64,000 bases of DNA from an uncultured Fibrobacterota bacterium. Its GTDB lineage: Bacteria > Fibrobacterota > Chitinivibrionia > Chitinivibrionales > FEN-1185. Under the pieces are notes generated by a model. The model did no database searches. It had not been told where the DNA came from and saw nothing but the letters and a program-made list of their open reading frames with translations. Each line of letters begins with the position of its first letter. The first letter of the stretch is position 1. A program made the position numbers and the translations under genes. Shown piece by piece: positions 49,387-58,489 of the stretch. Where the stretch lies: assembly GCA_963729895.1 (NCBI GenBank), contig CAVSQB010000019.1:175128-239127 (forward strand). Reading direction: 5' to 3'.

Positions 49387-50727
49387 ATGAAGATCACCTT
49401 CATCTACCCAAAATTTGAAAAATTCCTCGAAACCTATCCCGAACTTGCCGAACTTCCCGCCCTTGCCGCCACCTGGGCGTTCCGTATGCCCCCGGCGTTG
49501 GGCATTCCTATCCTGGCAAACCTGCTGCCTCCCGATGTGTCGTGGCGCGTTGTGGACCAGAATATCGAGCCGGTTGACTATAACGACGATGCCGACCTTA
49601 TCGCCATCAGCTATTTCACGCCGCAGGCGGCATTTGCCTACGAAATCGGCGACGAATTTCTGCAGCGCGGGCGCACCGTTGTCGCGGGAGGTATGCATCC
49701 GTCAACCATGTCCGAAGAAGCCGCCCTGCACTGTACCTGCCTGTGCGTGGGAGAGGCCGACACCGTATGGCCGCAAATCATTTCCGACTTCAAATCCGGG
49801 GCGCTCAAGAAGCGTTACCGGGCGGCAGCGCCGCCCGGCCCCGAACAGATCGCCTCCGCAAAGTCCGGCATCTTCGACGTCGAGAACAAATACGACTGGC
49901 ACGCCTCGCTCGTATCCATCACGCGCGGCTGTCCGTTCGGGTGCGAGTGGTGCAATATTCCCCTGTACCAGGACACAAAGATCCGGCTGCGCCCCATCGA
50001 ACGGGTAGTCGCGGAAATCGAAACGCTGCGCGGCAAGGAATTCTACGTCACCGACGACATGGTGATGCTCAACCGGCCGCGCATCACCCGATACATGATT
50101 GACCTGTGCGAACGCATACGGGAATTCGGCGTACGCATGTTCTTGTCCTGTTCCCCCGCCATGCACACCGATCCCGCGTTTCTCGATGCCATAGCCGCGG
50201 GCGGCGCGGCAAGCATGTACACGGTGTTCGCGAGCGACCCGTACAGCATCCGTTTCTATCGCCGCGAGCCTTCCGTCTGGCAACGCACCATCGACCTTGT
50301 GCATGCGCTCGAAGACCGCGGCATACGGTTCTTCGGATCATTCGGCGTAGGGTTCGACACCATGGGAGACGATCAGTTCGATACGATTCTGTCGTTCTGC
50401 GAACAGGCGCGTGTCAGGACGGCGGAATTCTTCATCGCCACCCCGTTTCCCGCCACGCCGTTCTGGAAACGAATCGAGGCCGAAGGCCGGTTCCTTTTTC
50501 CGCGCGACTGGAGGAAGTACAACTGCGCCAACATCGTGTTCAAACCGAAGCTTGTTTCCGAGGACATGCTGCGCACGGGATTTATCCGGTTGTGGAAGGA
50601 GTTTTTTGCACATGCCGATCTGGAAGAATCGCTTTCCTCGTTTCGGCAGAAGGCGGAAAATATTTTGAAGTCAAGGGAATATTCTCAAAAGGTGAAGGAT
50701 GCGGTGGCTAAGGGGTTAAAGGGTTGA
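49387..50727 (+). CDS. B12-binding radical SAM enzyme 1
   Basis: Cobalamin-binding domain ('PPAL...LA', 'AYEIGDEF', 'GGMHPS', 'VGEAD') and 'TRGCPFGCEWC' CxxxCxxC; 'TPFP.TP'. Confidence 0.92.
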   Translation: MKITFIYPKFEKFLETYPELAELPALAATWAFRMPPALGIPILANLLPPDVSWRVVDQNIEPVDYNDDADLIAISYFTPQAAFAYEIGDEFLQRGRTVVAGGMHPSTMSEEAALHCTCLCVGEADTVWPQIISDFKSGALKKRYRAAAPPGPEQIASAKSGIFDVENKYDWHASLVSITRGCPFGCEWCNIPLYQDTKIRLRPIERVVAEIETLRGKEFYVTDDMVMLNRPRITRYMIDLCERIREFGVRMFLSCSPAMHTDPAFLDAIAAGGAASMYTVFASDPYSIRFYRREPSVWQRTIDLVHALEDRGIRFFGSFGVGFDTMGDDQFDTILSFCEQARVRTAEFFIATPFPATPFWKRIEAEGRFLFPRDWRKYNCANIVFKPKLVSEDMLRTGFIRLWKEFFAHADLEESLSSFRQKAENILKSREYSQKVKDAVAKGLKG

Positions 50728-50758
50728 GCGGGCGGGGAGTTGAGGTGTTACACAGTTG

Positions 50759-52065
50759 CAGTAGTGTCCGGTTAAATTGACAACAAGAGAAGGGCTACCA
50801 ACCTATTTTTATCGTTGAAGGTTTAGTTTTTGACGATTAAAAAGAGGAGGCAGCCCTTGAACAGAAGAAATACAATATTCAATCAGATAACGCAACTGTT
50901 GAATCGGAAGGGATTCTGGCGCATTGTTAATCGGTACGAAGGAGACAGGTACGTAAAGAGCATGACCTGCTGGCAGGAGATGCAGATTTTGCTCTTTTCG
51001 CTGGTAAAGGATTTGGTCAGCTTTCGGGATGTAGAAGCGTGTCTGAAGAGCAATGCGGATAAGTGGGAACATATTGGTCTTGCGAGTGTAGCCCGCAGTA
51101 CACTGGCAGATGCACTCGCTCTCCGGCCATACAAGATGTTTGAAGATCTTTTCTATCAGTTTCTGGATAAATGCCAGCGATTGGCACCTCGTCATGACTT
51201 TCGGGTAAAGGTTCCGGTATTTACGCATGATTCAACCTTGATCAGCGTATGTCTGTCATCGTTTCCATGGGCACGGTATCGCAGGCGCAAAGGTGGATTG
51301 AAACTTCATATGCTTCTGGACCATGACGGTTACCTACCGTCGTTTATCCGGATGACGGACGGGAAAGTCCATGACATTCGGGTGGTGAAAGATGCCGAAT
51401 ATGATTTTCCTGCGCTTCCGCCGGACAGCATCCTCACCATTGATCGAGGCTACACAGATTTTGGCTGGCTTCATTCACTGCATACGACTGGTGTTACATT
51501 CGTGATCCTGGCAAAATCCAACATGGCATATCATCTTGTCGGACAGCACAAAGAACCGAACGTAAGACGCGGAATTATCCGTGATCAGGAAGTCGAAATG
51601 TCGAATTTTTACGAAAGCAAGGCATATCCGGAGAAGCTGCGACTGATACAGTATTACAACAAGGAGTTAAACAAGAACCTGGTCTTTCTGACGAACAATT
51701 TCACGTTGTCGGCAACGACAATTGCTGCACTGTACAAGGGAAGATGGGAGATAGAAACATTTTTCAAGTGGATCAAGCAGCACTTGAAGATAAAGACGTT
51801 CTACGGGACCAGCGAAAACGCGGTAATGACACAGGTGTGGATAGCCATGATCTTGTATCTCCTGTTGTCGTTTATAAAATTCCAAGCACGGTATGCCTTC
51901 ACCATGCTGGAATTACTGCGGGTTATCCGAGAAAGGCTGCTTGGTTTTGAAAGCTTGATTGAATTACTACGGGTCAATTACGAGCGGTTACGTTCTTTGC
52001 GCTCCGCTCCAGTGCAATTATCATTCTATTAGCCATTGGTCAAGAGGTTTAGCCGGACAGGGCTG
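50759..52065 (+). mobile_element. IS4-family insertion sequence
   Basis: IRL CAGTAGTGTCCGGTTAAA, IRR (reverse complement) CAGCCCTGTCCGGCTAAA. 9-bp TSD ACACAGTTG at 50750-50758 and 52066-52074. Confidence 0.92.
50857..52032 (+). CDS. IS4-family transposase (DUF4372 + DDE)
   Basis: AGGAGG + TTG start. 'RSTLADA', 'DST.I', 'KLH', 'DRGY' and YREK-type 'YKGRWEIETFFKWIKQHL'. Confidence 0.92.
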   Translation: MNRRNTIFNQITQLLNRKGFWRIVNRYEGDRYVKSMTCWQEMQILLFSLVKDLVSFRDVEACLKSNADKWEHIGLASVARSTLADALALRPYKMFEDLFYQFLDKCQRLAPRHDFRVKVPVFTHDSTLISVCLSSFPWARYRRRKGGLKLHMLLDHDGYLPSFIRMTDGKVHDIRVVKDAEYDFPALPPDSILTIDRGYTDFGWLHSLHTTGVTFVILAKSNMAYHLVGQHKEPNVRRGIIRDQEVEMSNFYESKAYPEKLRLIQYYNKELNKNLVFLTNNFTLSATTIAALYKGRWEIETFFKWIKQHLKIKTFYGTSENAVMTQVWIAMILYLLLSFIKFQARYAFTMLELLRVIRERLLGFESLIELLRVNYERLRSLRSAPVQLSFY

Positions 52066-52122
52066 ACACAGTTGAATGGTTGAAGAGTTGAAAAGTTGGA
52101 ATCTCTCTGGTGAATCCCAAAG

Positions 52123-52158
52123 TTTGCTAACCCCGAAGCAAGCTTCGGGGTTAGCAAA
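52123..52158. repeat. Perfect 17-bp palindrome of the CCCCGnAGC-AA-GCTnCGGGG family
   Basis: TTTGCTAACCCCGAAGC-AA-GCTTCGGGGTTAGCAAA. Confidence 0.75.
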
Positions 52159-52201
52159 CAACAACAAGATTCTTCAATCTCCCTTTTCCGGAGGTCCGGA
52201 T

Positions 52202-52939
52202 ATGTCGGGAAAAAGCGTCATCGTCACGGGCGGATCAAAAGGCATCGGCAGAGCGATCGTCGAAACGCTTGCCGCGGAAGGCCACCGCGTCGTGTTCAGC
52301 TACAAGAGCGGCAAGGAGGCCTCGACGCAACTTGCGGACCGTCTCACAAAAAACGGCGGCCTCGTGTCGGCATTTCAGGCCGACGTCTCGGACAGCGCCC
52401 AGGTGGAGGAATTCATTGCGTTTGCAAAAGGCAAGCTCGGCGACGTTGACGTCCTTGTCAACAACGCGGGCATTACGCGAGACAAGAGCCTGTTCATCAT
52501 GCCCCGGGAAGACTGGGACGACGTGATCGCCACCAATCTCACCGGCTATTTCAACGTCACGCGGAACATCATCGGGTATTTCATGAAGAGCAAGAAAGGG
52601 TGCGTCGTGAACATCAGCTCAGTGGGCGGACTGTCGGGCGTGGCAGGCCAGACCAATTACTGCGCCTCAAAAGCAGGCATCATCGGGTTCACAAAGGCGC
52701 TTGCAAGGGAAGTGGCGAAAACGGGCGTGAGGGTCGTATGTGTGGCGCCCGGTTTTGTCGAAACCGATATGACCGGGAAAATGAACCACACGCATGTTGA
52801 AGACATCAGGAAGACGATTCCACTTGGCCGCCTTGGAACGCCCGATGAAGTGGCTGACCTTGTTTCCTTTCTCATTTCCGATAAGGCGCGCTATATCACC
52901 GGCAGCGTTTTCACCATCGACGGCGGCCTCAGCGCCTGA
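52202..52939 (+). CDS. fabG: 3-oxoacyl-ACP reductase (SDR)
   Basis: TGGSKGIG, NNAGITRD, 'GQTNYCASKAG' (YxxxK), 'PGFVETDMT' and 'IPLGRLG'. GGAGG RBS before ATG 52202. Confidence 0.9.
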   Translation: MSGKSVIVTGGSKGIGRAIVETLAAEGHRVVFSYKSGKEASTQLADRLTKNGGLVSAFQADVSDSAQVEEFIAFAKGKLGDVDVLVNNAGITRDKSLFIMPREDWDDVIATNLTGYFNVTRNIIGYFMKSKKGCVVNISSVGGLSGVAGQTNYCASKAGIIGFTKALAREVAKTGVRVVCVAPGFVETDMTGKMNHTHVEDIRKTIPLGRLGTPDEVADLVSFLISDKARYITGSVFTIDGGLSA

Positions 52940-53052
52940 TGTAGCTTTGTGTTGAATCGCGCCCGCAATTTTACTATTTTATTTGTTTAGCCGCCGTTTT
53001 CGCATTGCCACGGGTGAAGGCCCGATTTTCTGTCCCCATCAACACAGGGTGC

Positions 53053-54282
53053 ATGAAAAAAGACAGGGTTGTAATAACAGGGCTGGGAGTCGTCTCGCCC
53101 ATAGGAATTGGTATCGACGCGTTCTGGGACGCCGCATGCAGAGGCGCGAACGGGATTGCGCCCATTACATCATTCGACACCTCGGGTTTTCGCACCTCCG
53201 TGGGCGGCGAAGTCAAGGGTTTTTCGCCCGAAGAATACCTCTCTCCGAAACAAATCGCTTCGATGGGCAGGTCAAGCCAGCTTGCCTCCGCCGCCGCTCT
53301 GATGGCGCTTGCCGACGCCGGGCTCGACATCTCAAAGCAAGACCCCTTTCGATTTGGCGTGAGCCTGGGCACAACCATGGGCGAACCCCAGATTCTGGAA
53401 AAAGGGATAGAGATGATATACGAGGCAAAAGGGTCGACCGACACCATGCCCGACAGCCTGCCGGCCCAATATCCGTGCGGTGCGATCTCCGCGCACGTGG
53501 CGGAAACCATCGGCGCGTGCGGCCCGGCCATTATGATTCCCACCGCATGCGCGGCAGGCAATTACGCAATCGGCTACGCCTTCGACCTTTTGAGCACCGG
53601 CATGGCCGACATTGTTGTTGCCGGAGGCAGCGATCCGTTTTCAAAAATCGCGTTTACCGGGTTCAACCGGCTTCTCGCCACTGCAAAGGAAGCATGCAGG
53701 CCGTTCGACAAGAACCGTGACGGGATGTGTGTGGGCGAAGGATCCGGCATCCTTGTGATCGAGTCATTGACACATGCAAAGGCCCGCACCGCAAGGATTT
53801 ATGCCGAGGTACTCGGCTATGGTCTCGGATGCGACGCGTTCAAGATGACCATCCCCGATCCTTCCGGCAGCGGCGGCATTCTCGCCCTCAGACGGGCGCT
53901 CGACAATGCCCGCGTGCCGCGCGATGCCGTTGATTACATAAGCGCGCACGGCACCGGCACTGAGGAAAACGACAAAACCGAGACGCTTATCATCAAGGCC
54001 GTATTCGGCGAAAAGGCCAAATCCATTCCGGTATCGTCCATAAAGTCAATGATCGGCCACACCATGGGCGCCGCCTCGGCCATAGAAGCGGTTGCCTGTG
54101 CTCTTACCATCAATCGGGGCATCATCCTGCCTACCATCAACTACAGCACGCCGGATCCGGAATGCGACCTCGACTACGTGCCGAATACGGCCCGAAAGGC
54201 ATTGGTCAACGTCGCCGTATCAAACGCGTACGCGTTCGGCGGCAACAACTCGACGCTTGTTCTGGGAAGGTTTGCGGGATAG
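53053..54282 (+). CDS. fabF: Beta-ketoacyl-ACP synthase (FabF-like, active KS)
   Basis: 'RVVITGLG', catalytic TACAAG, SAHGTGT and IGHTMGA, 'FGGNN'. Confidence 0.9.
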   Translation: MKKDRVVITGLGVVSPIGIGIDAFWDAACRGANGIAPITSFDTSGFRTSVGGEVKGFSPEEYLSPKQIASMGRSSQLASAAALMALADAGLDISKQDPFRFGVSLGTTMGEPQILEKGIEMIYEAKGSTDTMPDSLPAQYPCGAISAHVAETIGACGPAIMIPTACAAGNYAIGYAFDLLSTGMADIVVAGGSDPFSKIAFTGFNRLLATAKEACRPFDKNRDGMCVGEGSGILVIESLTHAKARTARIYAEVLGYGLGCDAFKMTIPDPSGSGGILALRRALDNARVPRDAVDYISAHGTGTEENDKTETLIIKAVFGEKAKSIPVSSIKSMIGHTMGAASAIEAVACALTINRGIILPTINYSTPDPECDLDYVPNTARKALVNVAVSNAYAFGGNNSTLVLGRFAG

Positions 54283-54290
54283 GCGTAACC

Positions 54291-55490
54291 ATGGACCAAA
54301 AAATTGTCGTAACGCACGTTGGCGCCGTGAGCTGCCTGGGCAACAGCCTGAGCGAAATAGCGGCATCGCTCCTTCTGCCGCCAAAAGTGGGAACGGTCAA
54401 GGACTACGGGTTCCATTCGCTTCCCGTAAGCCAGCCCTGCTTCTGCATCAACAATTTTGAGCCGGAGGCGATCCTCGGGAAAAAGGGCCTGCGCACCAAA
54501 GATCGCGCCACCAAGCTGCTCCTGAGCGCCCTTGAGCTTGGTTGCAAAAACCTGTTCGAATCGTTGCCCGAAGACGGCAGGCCCGGGCTGTGCATCGGTA
54601 CGTCATTCGGAAGCGTTCAAAGCATCGGTGATTTCCTCTCTGATGCAATTGTCAACGGATCTCATAATGTCAATCCGCAGGCCTTTGCCAACACGGTCAT
54701 CAACTCACCCGCGTCGAACGCCAACATCCGCTACGGTTCGCGCACGGTAAGCTCAACGATTTCAACAACGTTCAATTCCGGGCTCGACGCGCTCGCCTAT
54801 GCCGCCATGTTCCTGCGGCAGGGATATGCCGGGTGCCTCGTTGCAGGAGGCCTTGAGGAATTAAGCTATTATGCCTGCACAGGCTTTGCAAAAGGCGGAC
54901 TTCTCTCCGCCTCCGGATCGATTCAACCTTTTGGCCGTGACGGCAGCGGCACCCTGCCCGGTGAAGGGTGCGCCGTATTCTGTCTGGAAACAGAAACGGC
55001 CGCACAGGCGCGTGGAGCGTCCATTATCGCCGAGATCGCCGGCATTTCTTCCTGTTTTGACCCAAAGAAAGGGCCCAACGGTTTTAATCCGCAGGCCTCG
55101 GGCGCCCGGTACGCCATGAAGCAGGCATGTGCGGATGCAGGCATTTCCTTCCCGGATATCGGCTTTGTGGCTGCAAGCGCCAACGGTGTCAGGGCCGGAG
55201 ACGACATGGAAGCTCTTGCGTTGGCGGAGCTGCTTCCAAACACTCCGGTTGCGGCATACAAAGCGAAAACCGGCGAATGCATCGGTGCTTCACCGAGTCT
55301 CAGCATGGCATGCGCCCTGAGCGACATGAAACAAGGGCGTATATCCGGCGTTGGCAATGCATATCCTCTGCGCCGTGACGTTGATCTCGTGTTCGGGGCC
55401 AGGACTTCAGCCATGGTTGACTATGTGCTCGTCAATTCATTTTCATGCGACGGATACTGCGGGAGTATTGTTCTCAAAAACAGGAAATGA
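54291..55490 (+). CDS. Ketosynthase-like protein lacking the catalytic triad (chain-length-factor-like)
   Basis: KS fold ('P..F.NTV.N.PA', 'AGG.EE', 'PFG...G..PGEG'). The Cys/His/His positions read TTFNSG, ASANG and TGECIG. Confidence 0.8.
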   Translation: MDQKIVVTHVGAVSCLGNSLSEIAASLLLPPKVGTVKDYGFHSLPVSQPCFCINNFEPEAILGKKGLRTKDRATKLLLSALELGCKNLFESLPEDGRPGLCIGTSFGSVQSIGDFLSDAIVNGSHNVNPQAFANTVINSPASNANIRYGSRTVSSTISTTFNSGLDALAYAAMFLRQGYAGCLVAGGLEELSYYACTGFAKGGLLSASGSIQPFGRDGSGTLPGEGCAVFCLETETAAQARGASIIAEIAGISSCFDPKKGPNGFNPQASGARYAMKQACADAGISFPDIGFVAASANGVRAGDDMEALALAELLPNTPVAAYKAKTGECIGASPSLSMACALSDMKQGRISGVGNAYPLRRDVDLVFGARTSAMVDYVLVNSFSCDGYCGSIVLKNRK

Positions 55491-55564
55491 AACCGAAAAA
55501 CATATTATATTTAAGGGCCTTCAAGTTTGTTGTTCGCTCATAACCTGATGACGAGATTGAAGAA

Positions 55565-55725
55565 CCTCGCAGCAAGCTGCGGGAAAAGGCCAATGTTATA
55601 ATGTTTAGCGCGAAGCGCTATTACCATACCTTAGGGAATGAAATGACAATCTTCCATCCCTATGGAAAGAAAACATACTTATAGTCGAGCGCATTCCCCG
55701 GAGCAAGCTCCGGGGAATGCGCTCG
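55565..55725. mobile_element. Short non-autonomous palindromic element (IS200/IS605-end-like MITE)
   Basis: Left hairpin CTCGCAGC-AA-GCTGCGGG (~55566-55583), right 19-bp perfect hairpin CGAGCGCATTCCCCGGAGC-AA-GCTCCGGGGAATGCGCTCG (55686-55725). No convincing ORF between them. Confidence 0.5.
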
Positions 55726-55775
55726 CTGTGGGATTCATGTTACGAGACACACTGTTACAATGGTAAGGAGAGCTG

Positions 55776-56036
55776 ATGAATTCGGCCGATATCAAGGCAG
55801 CCATTAGGAACCTGATCACCGAAATCGCTGAAGACATGGAAGTAGATGCCGAGAAAATCACCGACGACGCGCATTTTATCACCGACATGGGCCTTGATTC
55901 AATGGCGCTTCTCGAGGTCCTTGCCACCATGGAAAAGAAATTCGGTATCACCATCCCTGAGACTGAATTCCCCAACATAGTAACGATCAACAAATGCACC
56001 GAGACAGTTGAGAAGTATCTGGCACAGAAGAAGTAG
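55776..56036 (+). CDS. Acyl carrier protein
   Basis: Acidic 86-aa protein with the phosphopantetheine motif 'DMGLDSM' and 'EKKFGI.IP'; AAGGAG RBS. Confidence 0.92.
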   Translation: MNSADIKAAIRNLITEIAEDMEVDAEKITDDAHFITDMGLDSMALLEVLATMEKKFGITIPETEFPNIVTINKCTETVEKYLAQKK

Positions 56037-56146
56037 TTAGGGAACGATGGTTCCCGCCCGGGAGCGCGTCCGGGCCAGACTTTTCCGCATCGATTCTCTC
56101 GCCAATCTTTTGCTTTTCCCCGCGTCGCCATTCATTTTTGTACCCT

Positions 56147-57025
56147 ATGAGACTCAGCAGCTTCCTGCAATCCCCGGATTTTCTCGCCTCTTTGCCAAAA
56201 AGAAGCAAGGAAGAAGTGCACAGCTATGTTCTTGCAAAGGGAAAGGAATGGTTCGACTCATATCCGGAAGAATCCATGGTGGTGGCAAAAAACCTCCGCG
56301 CGCTCGATATTCCGCCCCATCAAGCGCTCGTAAAGCGGATTCAGGCCCACATTCTGCTTCATTACTACGAAAAGTTGCTGCCGTTGTGCCTTTCGCCCGA
56401 GGAGCTTCACCGATATCTCTTGGACCGGGTGTCTGTGCCGCCGGAGCTTGAAAACCTCAAAGAAGCCCTGGCACGCAAAAAGGGCGTCCTTCTCGCAACC
56501 TGCCATTTTGGAGCGGTGGAATGCATCGGCCCGGCGCTTGCAGCCCTCGGCATACCTTTCACGGGGGTGCTGCGCTTCTCCGCAGGCCATGCGTCGGACG
56601 CGGCGCGATCACGCGCCGCCGATTTGACGGCAACCGGGCTGTTCGCACAAATCAACTTTGTTGAAATCGGGAACCCGCGCACTGTTGCGGCGCTTGATAT
56701 GGCGGCCGTCCTGAGGCGCGGCGGCATTTTGCTCGCGGTGTTCGACGAGCGGACCCCGTACAGCGTGCCGGTATCGCTCTGTGGGAAGCAGGTGTGGGGC
56801 GGCGCAGGGCTCCACAGGATCGTGCGGCTTGCGCAGGACCAAACTTCCGTGTGGACCGCATTCTCGGTCCGAAGCGACGGCGAAACCTACGGCCTTCGGC
56901 TGCACGAACTCAACGGCGACGATCCGGCGCCCGTCCAATCAATGTATAACGATTTCGAATCCCTTCTCGCGCATTATATGGTCCAGTGGTACTTTCTTCA
57001 CGAGGAAATCCCTTTTGTCACGTGA
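56147..57025 (+). CDS. LpxL/HtrB-like lysophospholipid or lipid A acyltransferase
   Basis: 'KGVLLATCHFGAVE', 'LRRG..L....D' and C-terminal 'QWYFLH'. Confidence 0.72.
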   Translation: MRLSSFLQSPDFLASLPKRSKEEVHSYVLAKGKEWFDSYPEESMVVAKNLRALDIPPHQALVKRIQAHILLHYYEKLLPLCLSPEELHRYLLDRVSVPPELENLKEALARKKGVLLATCHFGAVECIGPALAALGIPFTGVLRFSAGHASDAARSRAADLTATGLFAQINFVEIGNPRTVAALDMAAVLRRGGILLAVFDERTPYSVPVSLCGKQVWGGAGLHRIVRLAQDQTSVWTAFSVRSDGETYGLRLHELNGDDPAPVQSMYNDFESLLAHYMVQWYFLHEEIPFVT

Positions 57026-58463
57026 GTTTGACGTTGCTGTAATTGGTTCGGGCATTGGCGGCCTCACCTGCGGCGCGCTGCTGGCACGGCAGGGCATGCG
57101 CGTGGCCGTCCTGGAGCAGCAGGCCCGGATCGGCGGTTGCGCTCAGGACTTCTCCCGGAAGGGGCACACCTTCGATTCATCGGTCCATTCGGTGTCGATG
57201 GCCGACAGCGGATTTGTCTGCGGCCTGCTGACGCAGCTTGGCATACGCGAATCGCTCGAGATCGTGCCGAATACCTGCTTCGCACGAATCCTTTCGCCGG
57301 TACTGCGGTATTCGCTTGCCGCCGACGTTTCCTCTCTTACCGCATCCCTGGACAGAGATTTCCCGCGTGAAAAAAAGGCGGTTGCCGCCTTACTTTCGGA
57401 CATGCAGATGCTGTTTAAGTCGTACAAGGGAGGTCTCAAAGACGGCGCGGTGTTCTCAGGCACCATGGGAAGCGCGGGCGAAATCGAACGCGCCACCCGC
57501 TCCTACAAAGAGTACATTGAAAGTTTCGTCAAAGACGATGCGTTGAGATACCTGTTTTCCTCGATATGGCCTTTCGGAGGCTCCTCGCCTGCATTCGCTC
57601 CTGTCTATAACGCGTTCATCTTTATCGCCCATGCGCTCGAGGGCTCGCATTATATCAAGGGAGGCTTCGGCAAACTTGCATCCGCACTTGCGGGCGTTAT
57701 TACCAAATGCGGCGGAGCCGTCATGACGAACTGGCCGGTTAGCGGCCTGCGAGTGGACAATCATAAGCGAGTGTGCGCCGCCAGGAGCGCAACCGGCGAG
57801 GAATTGGCCGCAACCACATTCGTTTCGAACATCAGTCCTTACCGGCTTCACCGCGAATTCATTCCGGAAGGGTCGCGCAACCGTTTGTGGCTCCGGCGTC
57901 TGGAAAATCTGTCACCGTCGGTGTCCGCCGTGTGCGCGTACCTCGGCATACGCGGGGATGCTTCCGATATCGTTGCAGACAATGTCACCTTCTGGTTCGC
58001 GTCACCCGACCACGATGCTCTCTACCGGCGCATCCGTCAAGGTCCTCGCGGCGACATCGACCACCTCCTGATCATGCGCCCGCCTGCATCACGCCCCGAC
58101 GGCGCGATCACCCTGATGCATTTTGTGAATCAAGATCCGGCCGCCTCATGGAAGAAGGAGAAAATGAGGCTCGCCGATGCAATGATCGCGAAGGCCGCAA
58201 CGGTCCTCGGCGACTTTACATCGCGTATAAGCCTGATGGAAACCGCGTCGCCGGACACGTTTGAACGCTACACAGGCAACACAGGCGGCGCGCTGTACGG
58301 GTTTGAAAACGCACCGGACCTGTACCGGCAGTCCAAGTTGCCGTTTACAACCTACCTGGACAATCTTTTTCAGGTTGGACACTGGACAAAGGCCGGCGGC
58401 GGTATATACAATGTTATGACGAGCGGGCATGCTGTTGCAAAAATGATCATGCGGATGACGTAG
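57015..58463 (+). CDS. Phytoene desaturase (CrtI)/retinol saturase-like FAD oxidoreductase
   Basis: GAGGA + TTG start at 57015. 'DVAVIGSGIGG', 'GG...F.RKG..FD', 'KGG', 'SPDTFERYTGN.GGALYG' and 'NLFQVGHWT..GGG'. Confidence 0.88.
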   Translation: MSREFDVAVIGSGIGGLTCGALLARQGMRVAVLEQQARIGGCAQDFSRKGHTFDSSVHSVSMADSGFVCGLLTQLGIRESLEIVPNTCFARILSPVLRYSLAADVSSLTASLDRDFPREKKAVAALLSDMQMLFKSYKGGLKDGAVFSGTMGSAGEIERATRSYKEYIESFVKDDALRYLFSSIWPFGGSSPAFAPVYNAFIFIAHALEGSHYIKGGFGKLASALAGVITKCGGAVMTNWPVSGLRVDNHKRVCAARSATGEELAATTFVSNISPYRLHREFIPEGSRNRLWLRRLENLSPSVSAVCAYLGIRGDASDIVADNVTFWFASPDHDALYRRIRQGPRGDIDHLLIMRPPASRPDGAITLMHFVNQDPAASWKKEKMRLADAMIAKAATVLGDFTSRISLMETASPDTFERYTGNTGGALYGFENAPDLYRQSKLPFTTYLDNLFQVGHWTKAGGGIYNVMTSGHAVAKMIMRMT

Positions 58464-58489
58464 GCGAAACATCGAGGCATATTCTTATT

